A DNA stretch of 64,000 nucleotides from Phoronis australis (lineage: Eukaryota > Animalia > Phoronida), in the NCBI GenBank assembly GCA_002633005.1, contig NMRA01000760.1, positions 71,432 through 135,431 on the forward strand, written 5' to 3'. The position numbers were made by a program, and so were the translations under genes. The notes beneath the pieces were generated by a model. That model worked only from the letters and a program-made list of their open reading frames with translations, ran no database searches and was not told the origin of the DNA. Positions 36,501 through 51,500 of the stretch are shown here, one piece after another (position 1 is the first letter of the stretch; each line of letters begins with the position of its first letter).

Positions 36501-39500
36501 GCCCTGATGGTGGCCAGTTGTTTCAAGTACCACTTGTGTGTAAAGTGTAGGGAGTGAGTACAAACTTAACCACAGTAAATTCAATAAGTATTGCTTATCG
36601 GAACTCGCATGACCGACCTATGTGTGAAGGAACTGTGCTTTATCACGTGGGTATACCAACTTTTAGAATGCACACGAACCCGGCCTATATGTAAATTACC
36701 TGAGATTGCGAATCCACTAAATCCTACTGCTAAAATAAGGGCGACGACAGCGGTGGTCTCACTCCTTGTGTAACCCACTACCAGCAGAAATGTAGCTTCC
36801 AGACCGAATCCTGCAATTGTAAACTGTATCGCTGGACATTGTTTCACAACAAAAAGTACTTTTCATTCAATTTCGTTTGCAACCTATTGTTTGCTTGGAC
36901 ATCAGCTGTTGTTTAGGCACGTTTATGTGTATTAATATTCTGCAGTCAACATTGAAGTGATATTTCAGTGGATATTATTACAATGTTGACTTGGTGATAC
37001 ATTATGCAAATTTAGACCGATCTCTGAAGTGCCTCACAACGGAAGTTATCGTAACGCGTTTTTAACCAATCGGCTCCCTGCAGCACTCTTGCTGTTGTTG
37101 AAATGACTTAAACTTCTCATTGCATTTAAGCAACTTTTGGCAGAGTGGTGTGAAGGTGGTAAACCTACTGACTTATGTACTGCTAGGCAAAAAAACCATG
37201 TACCTTTTGATTCGTGTTTGCATGGACGAGCAATGTCTGCCGCGTTTCTTTAAATTACCTGCCACAGAATTACAGTGCACGCAAACCAGTTCGTTGTTAT
37301 TAAAACTTATGAATAATTTATCGCATGACTTCAATATTTTATCGCTACGACACCCGTGAAGAACTTAATAAAGTTTACGAGTGTGAAAAATAACGTGACA
37401 AAGAGAGCTTATATATTGTCTGTAAAATGTGCAAACTCTCTTTTGAGAGCCTAATTCTCTAAGCGAAACTGTCAATGATGTAAATGAGATGATGTCTCAG
37501 TGGTATCGCAATGAGCTCTTGACACCTGGAGTCAGGTTTTATTTAGGTGTTGGAATTCAATTGATATTAAATAAAGCGTTCTCTTGGACCAATCCATTAG
37601 AGAAGGCCTACGCAACAGTGGCCCATGCTAAATAATTCACTCATGTATACATGTATTTATTGATTTTGGGGGAAGGGAATACTAAAGAATATGGATTATT
37701 TGCTCTTGCATTATCACCTTGATCTCGAATTCTGTGGAATATTGGTACCTGGGTTTTCAGCTTTTTAAAAATTAAAATTAGATCCGAAATAACATATCTA
37801 TCACATTTATTGAAGAAATAAACCGTTTTGAAACGCAATGATGACCATCACCATTGGTAATGACGTAGTTTAAGCCCATTTCTGATGGGCAGGTCTTTGT
37901 TTAACTTTCTTGTTCACCAGTTTATTCAGTATATGTAAAAACAGTTAAAAATCGCTGCATATTTTGTGGATCAGTTAGTATGCATGTACATGTATATGAA
38001 TTTGCGAGAATCTAATAGAGCGAACTCTGGCGGAAAGAGAAGAACAAACCTGTGTTACCATCATTAACGAGAGACCTGAATTGCTGTTATATAAGTCTAT
38101 AAAACAGTATTATTGTAATGAAACCTATGTCTATCTGGTGAGAGGTCAGATATCAGCCTTGGCACCACTGAGAATTTGAGGTAAAGACGGGAAGTTCTTT
38201 ATGTGAAATAATTTGTAAACTATGTTTAAGTTGCTAAGGTGAGAACGAAAATCATGATGTTTTCAAATGTGAATTTTTTTCTGATTGAGAGATTCCCTCC
38301 ACTTCATTTTAGTTACAAACTTCATAAAACGGATTTTAACGCAGGTTAGCTCAGTCCAAACTGAAATCCAAATAGGTAATTCAACACCCCCGCCAAATAT
38401 TTTCAAATCTAACAGAGTTTAACATAATTTCTTAGTTTAATTTTTATTTTTGGTGGTGCAGCAACCCCTGAAATGACCATGATCGTAGGGAGTGATAGCT
38501 GACTCGTGCCTAATTGGTACTCACAAAGTTGTCGCCATATGAAATGAGGTTTCCGCAGAAACCCCGCACACTTTACACAAATAAAACATTAATAGTAGAA
38601 TAAGGTAAACACAAACAGGGCTTAAACTTACGAAATTTTTATATTTTATTGATGTATTTCGACTGACGAAACACATCCTGTGTTATAAATCGGTGCATGT
38701 AAACGGAAAGGTCGGCGAGACGTCCCTGTCACTCATGTTTGAGTGAGGTCTCGTCGACCTTTTTGATAACACCAAGTTAAAAGTTCTTGAAATTTTCATT
38801 CACCAAGATTTAGAAAACTTTTTCTGCATAGTTATTCTCCTATAGGTATTTTGTTGCTATTGTTTTCAAGATGACTTGATGACCCGCGCGTGACTGGAGG
38901 TGTCAATTTTCATTACCGTGTATACATCTATATACAACGTCCCAATGAGTGTATGTTGTACACCTTTGTCAGCATGAAAATATATACTGTATGCCATATA
39001 CGTAACTCTCATCTTACCTCCACAGTTAAAGATTTTTCGAACTGCTGTCGTTGATAAAATCTTGCGGTAACGAAGAAGATCAGCTAAATACCCGCCCATG
39101 GGCACGACCAAGGCCATAACAAGGTGAGGTAACGCTGACAGAATACCACTCTGTGGGAATGAACGAGTTGCATGAGAACACACTCATCTCCAGACAAACA
39201 TACGTCCAGTTCACACAACACAAAAATGCTCATTTCGATTAATATCAAGAACGAACATTAGTATGTTTGGATCGTTTGAATGAAATTGAATTTTAAGGAA
39301 GTATGGCCAAAAAGAGCAATTTATTTTCAAGTTATTCTGTCAAAGAGAAAATAGGATTTCTAGGTTTTGCATCGCCATTGCCAACCCCAATCGACTACAT
39401 AATATAACGAGGGCAACGAACTGTCTGAAAAAATTTGTATTCCGAAAGACGATATCTACTCCAGCGAACCCCAAGTTGATTCCATTCCAATGTTCGTCCG

Positions 39501-42500
39501 AGTGATTCTGCAGACTTGTGGAAACTGATTTTTTATTCGTTTCATTTGAGCGGTGGATTCGATGTTCAAAAAGTGGATTGGTTATATTTGAAGTTAAATA
39601 CTGGAACCAAATGTACACCTTGAGAAGCTTCTGTTAATGGGACTTAATGTATCTAGCTTAGTTATTTATGGTGCACTTTCATTATTATTCAAAATGAATT
39701 GGAATCTTTTCCTGTAACAATCCTAATTTAAGGACTAAAATCTAATATATTAATTTCCGCATTTGAAATATGAGCTCAATTAAAAATATATGATTAGAAT
39801 TTGTCATTAGTCAAAGAGGAACTCATTGTAAAGGTAGTGATAGTAATATTCATGAGTAAACGTAGACATATATTGGCAGAATATAAGGGTATTTAGTTGA
39901 GTCCCTCTAAAGTTCTATTTAATGGCAAGAGGCCACTGACGTTCAGTAGTGACGTCATAATGTTCCGTCATCCTACGGTCGAGTCGATCTCGTCAGGTGG
40001 TGACTTCCAATACATGTAGATTCTTTAAATTTTATATTTAGAAATGGAAGCGCCTTCACCTTGCCAGCTTCTAAAATTAGATCACTTGCCGTTATGAAAT
40101 TGGTCTCAAATTGTTCTTTGGTCAAATTGGAGTTTAGAAAGAACAGGCAGTTCGATGTTGCTTGAGACAAGTCTGTGTCACTGCGAGTCATTTTGTGGGC
40201 GAAGCATTGTCTGACGCAATGACGAAATTCGCAACCCAAGAAATTACTTCTGAATAAGACACAAGTCATAACCAGTTTTATACCCGGCCGGTATCTGGTC
40301 TAAACCAGTAGTCAGTTCATGGCAAAAGCAAAAAGTACAAAGAATTACCAACTTAAGACATAAAAACACCCAGTCAAGTCATATGCATAAGCCACCACCT
40401 GCGGTCATAACAAGTTTGGGTGCATTTCAGGCACGTTTCAAATATTCAAATCCTGTGCAAAAATTATCTATTGCGGAAAACAACATTGCTAAGAGTATAT
40501 GTGTACTGAGTTATTGGATACATGGGTACACGGTTATTATAAACACAGTGGTCAATTTTACGCAATTTTCTGCATCGAAACCGACAAACACAACCCCAAT
40601 TAGTGATCATGACGTACCTGAGATATGTCGCCTTCAAATACGTCCGTGAAATATTTGACTTGACTAATAATGAATAAGTAAAACGTCCAACTACGGCATA
40701 CGTTGGCGACAATAATGGCGTAGACACAAGCTGACGAGAAGATCTTCTTCCAGGGAGTGTGATGAATCTGTACGTAAAAATCAATTATTAAAATTAAAAA
40801 AACTCTCAAAAGATCGTTGTTTGTTACACATCATGTTGTTGACATGTAATCTTGCCAAGCAAATACACTGGGTGTTTATAAAATCTGTGAATATATACAG
40901 TTCAAGCAAAGTATGTTTTCTTTCCGTTTTTGTTTTTACTTTCCAAGCGAATGAAATTTTGCGGGTAATGCATGCATGTATTTGTACAGTGGAAACTTTC
41001 ATATAATTAGTTGGGCATTTTGCACGATGGGTGCTCTTGCGAGTATTTTATTAGACAGGCATCCTCAAGACAAAAACCATGTAATTAATTGAAAATGGTT
41101 TGAAGAAGTCTTATTAATAGAGATTTTATAATGAGTTCTGATTTGTTCAAAAATAGTCTTTCATCTTGGCCTTTGATTTGAAAAAATGAAATTGCTTCGA
41201 AAATTGCTAAGCTGTCACTTTGATCAGGAATTTCAAACTGAACTTGTGTGGATTACGTTATTTATTTAGTTTCTAAAAATCAAGCTCTAAGTAGTGTACC
41301 TTTACTTCTTGAGAACTGGTTCCCCATTGTTCTCCATATTTTGTGAAGAGGAAATGTACCTAGTTCTCAACCAGGAGCCAAACTCGGTCCTCTAAAGTTT
41401 GATCGGTTGTAAAGAAAATCAAAATAGTCCAAAATATCTTCAAAAATACTGGAGTGAAAGAATGCAGTAATAGAATTTGCATTGTATGTCTAGGTTATAT
41501 GCACGTACGCGCAATTTTGCTGCAATGCTGGACCTAAAGTTGGCAAGTCAACAATTAGTCTTAAAGAAATGATCGTGCATACAAACTGTATGTTTACATT
41601 AAAGCCCACAAAATGCTCTGTTTGTCCACAGGCAAAACATTGTTTAGCAGTTACACGTGATTATTCGTTGTAATTAATTAGAACATCCTTAACTTAATCT
41701 CAGCGGTCGCTAATTATCCTAATTAGATGAGATCAAAACAGCTTACGTGACTGATCAATAACGGTCTGTGATCAGCTCAAAAGATGAGTCCAAAGGCATG
41801 TTTTGCATTTCATAGACATTCGTGATAAAACAGTATCGTAACTGCATATAAAGGAACATTCACTCCTTGCAACTACCGCGAATCATGATAATTACGCTAA
41901 CTTTTAAGGAGACTTTACGTAGGTACATCAGTTCATTAGTTCAAAGCTTATTTTCCGTTTGTAAGAGAATCGTATCAAAATCTTAACGCGTATACTGTTG
42001 ACTATGAAATTGTTGGCAGCATCGCCATAGACGTAGTTATTGCTACCTCTCAGTAATTCTCTGAGCTGAATTACTTAATTATAGGTAAATTTCTATCCAT
42101 TTTCTGTTCTTAGGTGAACATAAATTATATTCAAGCTTGTACAATTCTTCGCTACATTGTCGTTAAAGTTACACTGAACGATGTTTAGATAATGTGACTA
42201 TTACCTTGAGACAGCTCGTTTCCCGCAATGAGTATAGTTCGGTAGCAGCCGAAGACACGACTGTGCTTTTTGTTTGACAGTTAAATACATACTCGCTTGT
42301 AGTTTCTAAACAATCTCGTATCTTCAGGTGTGCAGCTATGTAGCAAAACACCGAGAGACATAACAGACAAACAATTGAATACATTAGCTATATCTCGAGA
42401 TTACATGTCTCATCAACAGGGAATGAGTGAAATGAACATATCCACTGTTAATTTCGCTAGGCATATGTTCATTTCACTCATTTTCTGATGATTAGAAAGT

Positions 42501-45500
42501 AATCTCGAAATATAGCTAGTGTTTAACTTGTTTGTCTGTTATGTATCTCGGTGTTTTGCTACAAAGCTGCACGCCTGAAAAAAGATTGTTTAGAGCCTGC
42601 GAGCGAGTCTGTATTAAGCTGTCAAACAAAAAGTACAGACGTGTCTTCAACCAACTTTCACACAATGGAGAATGTCAAATGTTTTGATTTAAATTTGCGA
42701 TCCTCAGAGAAAATCTAGTTATGAAAGAAGGCACAATTAGACTTCCTGTTTTCTTTGGTAAAACTGGGATTAGAATGGAGCATGTGTTACTTTGTCATAA
42801 CTTTATTCTTATTTCATTTTATTATTTTTCGCATCGCCAATGCAACAGCTCAATATAACATTTAAGCATCTTACAAAACCAATACTTCAAAATTCATCTC
42901 TAAAGCTGATTCGACGTTTTCGTTCCAATAACTTAACATCAAGCCGTTCCCCTGAAAACATATATTGGTGCATTAGTATTAACATACTGTTTGTTCTTTC
43001 AGTTCAAATCCTGGCAGTTCCCGCGAGGGGGTGGTCTGATGCCACCGAGCTCACTAAGCCCACACGAGTTTAATAATTTTGTATTGTGATAAGTGCACGT
43101 ATCCGTAATTCAACACAAAATGCGATGCAATATGATAAAATTCACCTTTGGAATCATAGTCTCCGTTTCACCAAGAGATGTCTCTATGTATATCCTTTCT
43201 GATTCGGAGATGAATTTATGTCTAGACGGTCGGTCAGAGGAGAGATAGATCCAGACTATGAACCACATAATACCAAACGCACCTAAAATATAGCATAACA
43301 ATTAGCCTTTGGCAATCGTTTCATAAACGAAAACATATATGACGAAGTAGAATAACAATGGAAATGTTTTTCTTGCACAAATAGAACAGGTATTCATTTA
43401 TACCTAATGACATAAAAGTCAAACATTTCCATAAAACCTAAAATAATGCGAAGTTGGCATATTAATGATCATTCACGCAGGTATTAAAGGCACATTGCAC
43501 TCGTTCAAGCTAATGATACTATTATAATGGAACAGATATACATGTACCTGAGTGCATCAATGGCAGGAGTGTGTTGTTCTGATTTTGCTACGCCTGTCCA
43601 CATAAAAAATCAATTTCTGAAATTAGACCAACTGTGGAATTTTTATGCAAATTTGATATGTAAAACCACTTCAAACTCGTTTTATCTTTGAATGTGACAA
43701 TCGTAAGCAACTAAAGAAGTCCTACCATAAAAGAAAAAACATGCTTGCCATCCCAAGTAGTCCGTCAATATGCTCGACAAAGGCATACCTATGACAGCGC
43801 CGGCGTACGAACCTAAAATAAGAGATAGGAGACCCCTTCACTAAATCATAGTCACATCAAAGCTGTACAGTGCCCACAACTAAGCATCGGGCACGTATAT
43901 CTGTCGCCTAGCAACAAAACGTGGGTATTAGTTAGTTTATTTTCATTGTTGCTTTATAACAGGCCCATTCAAAGTTGCTTGTCACGGCGGTTTAGTTAAG
44001 CGATCTGGCCGCCACGAGAAATTCCATAATATTTATTTCAACCGATATCAATTTGAACCGAGGATAAGGGCACCAGATGGTTTGCTGTGGTTTTAATAAA
44101 AGTTGTTATGTACCAGCCTTCTTTCAAAACATGAATTAGTTGCTTTCAATCAAAAACGTTTTCAAACATAGGCCCCAGGATTGTAATAGTGGGAACACGC
44201 TGAAGAACGTGTTCACCGCACATTTTTACAACCATGGCTATCTTCGTTTTCGTCTCCGTCAGTTCTGTGTTTTGTTGTCCGTGGTTGTCGTCTGTAGATG
44301 CCACCCGTGGTTGTCTGTGTTTGTAGTCCGTTGTTGTCGTCCGTGGTTGTTGTCCGTGGTTGTCGTCCATGGTTGTCATCCGTGGTTGTCGTCTGTCATA
44401 GGTTGTTGTCTGTGGTCGCCGTGTGCGGTAGTGGCTGAGATACATCTTGTTTTGGGGAAGCAATTCAATAAAAGCCGTGAAACAACAAACCCCTGACATT
44501 TGGCAGACTGTAAACATCTGGTCCTCTTACTCAAGTAAGTGACAATTGTTTTCGGATTGGTTTGGTACCCACTGAAATGAATTCCAGTGAAAGCCGCTTC
44601 CAATATATATAATGATTATAAATCAGAACGTAATCGATACTTGCCTTTTTCTTTCAAAACGTTTCAGCTTCTAAATGTGATCTTATTTCATAATTTTCAA
44701 TTTCAATTTCAAGTGTATAACTTATCTAAACACATGTAAAATAATTAAACCATTTTCCTCGGTTGCGTTATTCAATAACTCTACAGACTTGCATTAACCA
44801 CCAAATAAATATTATAGTTCAAGAGTTTGAGAAATGGGCACGTGTCAAATAAGAGATAATAAGTGTTTGAAAAGAGATACTTTATTCTGGAAATTTTATT
44901 AAGCTTCAATCGAAAATCAATTTCACTTAGCAATTCGTTTCCGAAAAGCGACATGGTGGAGTAGAATCGTTAAATCACGCTTCCTCTCTCATCTGTAATT
45001 GAATATAACGTTTTTGTTCCATGGACTATTGAACGCGTTTTGTTGACTTTCCTGAAACAATCAAATACAATTTTAAGCTTTTACGTGTGGTTAATAATAC
45101 TATAACAATTAACCTGTGATGTTTCGTGAAAATAGTAAAGACATATCAGCCTATATTGAATGATTCTTTTTGTATGACGCCATCCAATTGCCAGTCACAG
45201 GCCAGTTTATTGGCCAGCTGATATTGTCCATGTTCAGATACAGAAATCTTCATGTTGTACATCTTGCAACTCACCACAGAATGTTATAGTGGCAAGGCGT
45301 GACCTCTCAAGAGGTGGAGCCCAGTGTCTCCAAATTCCGTGACACGCTGGATACGTGACTCCCTGTGAAAAACCAAGAAATACAGTTCCACGCCTAATCT
45401 AAATGAATAGACTCCCAAAGTATTACTATCACCTATAGTAATGTGGGATATTCTTTTCGTTCCTGTTGTGTCTTATACGGATGCCCTTGAAATTTTGAGT

Positions 45501-48500
45501 CTCTGATACTTAAACTTATGTGAATCTTATACCGGCGTGGAAAAATGAACAGATCGCAAACATTTTAAGTCCGGTCTGCACGTCACCTATTGGCCACATC
45601 ACGTGACCTAATGAACATAAGTTCGAAAAGACTTCTGCCCGAGTCCTGGTCGGGGGCAGAAATCTTTTCGAACTTATGTTCATAAGGTCACGTGATGTGA
45701 CCAGTGAGTGGCATGCAGACCAGACGTAAAAAGTTTGTGAGTTGTTCAAATATATTGAGTGCTACAACGTACAGTAAGTCTAGTTATCACTGTTTCGCTA
45801 ATTCACACACTGCCAGGCTTGATTACTAACTTCTTCAAGAGCTACGTAGTTACTGGACATTCCATACTGTCACATAAGCCACCGGCTAATGTTATTAATT
45901 CAGTTCATTTCAAAGTGTTGTGCTGTATTCGTATCTATTATATTTTTACTCATATCACGTGCTCTTTAGGTACTCGACATTTCGTTGCGCCGATCGCAGT
46001 TGTCTACTTGCCTCGACTAGACCTTGTATGATTCGGACAAACATGACCATTCCATAATGGACTTTAGCAGCCGGAGGGATGAATAAATTTAACACGGAAG
46101 ATGTGCATATTGCGCCCCCAAATATCCTGAAAATAAAAGTTAATGTCTTGGATAAAATGCACGGGGACTCATCGATTACAAATATACGTGACGACGATAC
46201 AACGTTTTTGGAGTTCTCTGATGACCTTGGCGATCACCCTGTTGCAGCGGCGGTAGTTATGGTATGGAGGTAGTGTTGATGACGCCACCACCGCCGCCGA
46301 CAAAGATTACGGCATCATGATGATGATGATGATGATGATGATGATAATGATGATGATGATGACGATAATTATGCAAAAGCGGTGTTTTGTTGTTGTTGTT
46401 GTTGTTGTTGTTGGTGATGGTGGCGATAGTACTGGTAGTGTTGGTGGTGGTGTTACTGGTGGTGTAGGTGGTGATAGATGGAGGTGGTGATAATTATGAT
46501 ATGATGCAGTGGCAATGATAGTGGTGAGGACGGTAGTTGGGGGTGGTGATGATGATGGTGGTGGTGGTGGTGGTTGCAGTGGGTGATGGTAACGTTGTCA
46601 ATGACATTGATGGTGATACGATGTAAGGGAATTTATATGTTTTCACAAAAGTGAGACGTTAGCTTACCAATTGGCAGGCAGACGCGACGCCAAGTAACCG
46701 CCGGGAATTTGTGTCACAAGGTAACCCCAGAAGAAAGAACTGTCCACCAAGCTGATGATTTGAGGAGTCCAGTTAAATTCAGGCCGCTGAAAAGTAAGAT
46801 TGATACCAAGATGGCAACACAAACATTGTTGGTTGAAAAATAATGCAGGCTGAATTTCAATATGTAGCCCTACCACTGTATATACCCAGAGGCGGATCTA
46901 CAAGGGGGTTCAGGGGTTCAAACTCCCCCTCTCGAGACAGGATCAAAAATAAAAATTGAAAAAAATTCGCCAGAAAAACGAAATCAGCTACTAAAAACCA
47001 CAAAACATTTTACACTAGAGGGGGAAACCAACTCCCGACCTTCCTTCAGCTCGGCTCTACGCGCCTCGGTTTCGCTCGAATCCTAACCCCCCCGCCCCCT
47101 TGCTGAAAACGTAGTTCTGCCACTGATACCGACAGGTTTCCTTCAGTATGTAGCCCTAACACTGTACATAGCGACAGGTTTCCTTCAAGATGTAGCCCTA
47201 ACACTGTATATAGCGACAGGTTGCCTTCAAGATGTAGCCCTAACACTGTATATAGCGACAGGTTGCCTTCAAGATGTAGCCCTAACACTGTATATAGCGA
47301 CAGGTTTCCTTCCATTCTTGACCGTAGTCACAGCTAGATGTATAAACTTAAATCGACGATCAATGTGAAAAGTTACATGTAAGTTAATGTTAGTTCATTT
47401 GCGCTATTTTTCTGTTAATTCCAACCGTTTAATATGTTCACAAATTTGTTGTCGATATTTTTATGCCTATCAATATTTTTAACTATGGTGTTGGTTTTCG
47501 CCCCTAAATGCCAGTTAGCTACTATCGTAATTAAGAAGTGATGCATACTAATTTGACGTGGCTGTGAGTGCGAGTGTTTTTTCATCTATCATTCATGTTC
47601 ATACGAACGTAGCAACAGGATCACCTCGGGTAGTTTCGACCTCAATTTTCCCCTCGGAGTTGAACGTTATCTTTGCGTGTGCGAATTCCAGTTATACGGC
47701 CAATCATTCTCCAGTTTGAAAGTCACATGACTTACCGTATTACGACCTTCTGCACATGCGCGTTCACCTAAGAGGGAAAATTTGAGTCTACGAAAATACT
47801 CGAGGTGTATGTCCAACGCAAGTATTGTTTTAACTTACATGTTAAGACAAGCAAATTGACGAATATAATATCGAGTGACTTTGATTTGACTTGCAAAATG
47901 ATTTTAACTTAGTTTGTGAAATTGCTCCGAACATGAAAATTAGTTCTGTAATTTATCCGAAATTTTGTGTTTTTATTGATGAACAGGAGCCTTGATTTAC
48001 TGGCATAAATGACAAATATAAAACTGGTAAGCGTTGCATAACATTTGAGGAATAACGAAAGTATTTTTTCAAACTCAGGAGATTAAAATCGATTCCACTA
48101 ACAATGTATTTGTCCTGGAGTCACTTTATAATTAAAGTGAAACGAATATCTTGGCTAAGTGGTACTCGATGTAGTTTCCTGGTTGTACGAGGCGCCGACA
48201 AACAGGCAGACGTAAATTAAACATGGACAATATCATAATTTGATTCATCGCCACAGCGCATCTCGAATCTTCAAATCCATCCCAAATCACCGAGTCAACG
48301 ACTGTTTTATAATCCGAATCAAATCTAAGCATGGTTCACTCATGAGAACATGAATTATGGATGATATCACTGGCTGAAATATTAAACAGACCCAGTTGAC
48401 AACTCATCGCGTGAGACAAACCATTCCAGATCGATTGGTACGGGTGAACCAATGTCACTTGTCAAACAACCACGTAGATAGACAGCTTGACCAAATTCTT

Positions 48501-51500
48501 TGTAAAAAGTTGAAGATTGCTTTCTGATAACCCCCCTGGGCGCATTGTTGAACATGTACATATAAGCAAATTTAACTGAAAAGCATTTTCCGTCAAGCGA
48601 CAAGAAGGCTGTAGTAGCAACGAGTAGATTCAAAAATCCATTGATCGCTTTGTACACAAGTATTAAGTATTAAAACAAAATCGCTATGCCAAAACACAGT
48701 TCTGTTTAGATTCAAAATTAACCATCTTAAAAACATTAGAATTCAATACACTAAGATTATGCTGGACCCGCCGCTTATCGACAAGTCAGGATATGAAATC
48801 AAATATCTTCGAAACAGTGAATTTTAAGTTAGAAAAGGGATTCATTTAATGAAATAGGACATCCGGTAGTATTTGATTATTATCTTTACGTTAATGTCTT
48901 ATTAATTGGGTCTCATGCAATTTCGCAAAAAAATGTGCGTTCATAGCAAAATAACGGTAAAATTACGAAAACGTCACATCACTTCCACGAAACAATAATG
49001 AAGGATATAATATCAACCTTCCGATCCCTGTAGGAATCTGTGACATGTACATGTAGAAATATTGTTAAATAGCACAGGGCAGTGTAGGAATTCCTACAAA
49101 GCGTGACAATGTAAGAATCTTTGTAGGCGTGAATGTTTTGCCGCTTTAGTCGTTTTTATAAGCGCGAATTCAATCATGATTGCTGTAGGCCTAGATCATA
49201 GACTGCCTGATACATGGCAGAACTCAAATCGTAGTTTGACGTTCCGGAACCCATGCAACAGCATCGAATTATTTTTTAATAATAAAATAACATAGATTGT
49301 TGCGCTATTCTGTGCGATGTAGGAATATTCCATCTACATCGCTCAGATGGTTCGGAATATCATCGTGCTCCTTTATACAGCAATGCAAGTCGCACATTTT
49401 CCCTGTTAAAGAGTTCAGGCGATTTCCCATTATGAAATACGACGGGATATGTAGTCAGTAAAAAGTGTCTTGGCAAACACCATAAAGGCTAGAAACAAAG
49501 CAGCCACGCAGTCGTTTCTTGAATGTCAATGACAATTCGCGACCGCAGTCACTATCACTTATCACACACAACCAAGATCAGTTTCACTTATGGCCATTAT
49601 TTCTCACTTAGTCATATTTTACTGAATCGACTCGCTGGGATCTCGAGAGCTTCGTCCTCCAAACTCTTGAACGGATGAAACCCTTTATTGTCTCATTTAC
49701 GTCAATTTTCGGTTATTTATCTCCAAACAAGCTTTCAAGTACTTGCTCTGCCTCGTGTTCTATTTGATAAGTATGGATTAAGACAACCTAATTAAGACGA
49801 AGCCATTATTCAATTTAGAATATTAAGTGACAGGTCTGATATCCAGCGGATATCTTGAATGCCACTTTTCTCAGATTCCTATATTCCGCGTTCGCAACAT
49901 GAAGACCACTATTGAAAATGTACGGGTGGAAAAGAGAATTATACGTGCCTACGTTTCCCGGCTTGTAGTGGCACCCAGAGGATACAGAATAGGGTATTTT
50001 GTGCACTCCAGTAGTGCCAAGGAAACGACGCCGCTTGACAAGAGTGTCTTTTTGCCACAGCCTGTTCAAATTCCAGTTTTACATTACACGAAATCAAAAA
50101 ACAACGTAAATGTATTTCTGTCAAAAGGTGTCGCTGCCGGAACGGGGCCTACAGCTCGCGCAATGTTTAAAATCGACAATCCTGTGGCTAACTGAACGGA
50201 ACTGGCCGCCCTGGGAATTGTATCCCTGAATCTACTTGTGAGTGACCGCTAATTTGAACTCAAAGAGATTAATACACAGAATATACGTAAAATAGGTTAC
50301 ACCAGAAAATCCTGTTGTCAGACTAGAATCAATATACACTGTATAGAAGGAAGTCGAAATGTGACCTTAGAACCGTGTCACCCTGAACGCATTTACGATC
50401 AGTAATTGCCTATCATTGGTCCTAATCACAATGTTATTACGGAAAAAATAACAATGATCATTTTCCTAATTTAGGCAGTATTCAAGAATGCACGTAAGCG
50501 CATCATCACATTAGGCGAAAGGAATCACGTGGCCGCAAAAAGTTATTGTCTGAGACAGCCCCATAATGCAATTTGTTCTCCTTTGGGAAAAACAGCTAAT
50601 CAGACCAAAACGTGATTTTATTTACAATTTCGGAACACTCGGAATACTTGGATATCATGTCTACTTTGAAGTTCAGTAGGAATGCAAGCTAACTTGCCAG
50701 GCTCTGGCTGCAAATGCATTTGCCAAGTTTACTTATTGGGTTCTTAACTATGACAATACAACGCGCCATGTATTCCCACCGTTTTTCAGTAGTCAAAAGC
50801 ATACAAATGCCAACAAACGAACACTCTTTTTCTATTTACGTTCACAGGTGTCACTTCTGCAGGGGTGTAGCCTGCGTTCCAAGGTTTCAATATTTTGTGA
50901 TTAATAGTCGGCATAGTCTAAGTGAAATATGGAAAATGTCACTACACGTCATACAGTACAAAAATATGAATAGAGTTGCTCTATTAAACTTTATAACTTT
51001 CATTATAAACTAAGTAACGAAATGAGTCTCATCGTATTTAAAACTGCATAACTAGGCCAATAGATTACACAATAGCAAGTCCTCAAAGGGAAAATCGATG
51101 GAAACTCAGTGATTATTTTCTATTTCGCTTACTAAAATCAGAGTATGTTAATCCGGTCGCGATCCCATCCTACTATAATCTCGTTATGGTTTGTCTACAG
51201 AAACATGAAAACCTTTACGTAGTTCCCTTGCAGAAAACTCGATTGAGTTAATGCACTTTTTGGCTCGAAGACATAATTTCGATAAAAGTGAACAAGTGTC
51301 GTTGACATGCAGTGGGATGATTTTGATGAGAAAAACAATTCACAAGACCATGACCATAAATTATCTTACATTGGCCGTTGGTGTTATACCAGAGATTTTA
51401 TAATTGCTCACAAAGGTAAATATAATATTTGAAGCTATACTAAACGCTGTTTGGGTACTATAAAAATTATGTTGGGACATCCCATTTCAAGAAATGGCCA

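Noticed and set aside
44140-44603. Cys/Val-rich and Thr/Asp-rich ORFs
   Set aside because: Translations of a low-complexity intronic repeat
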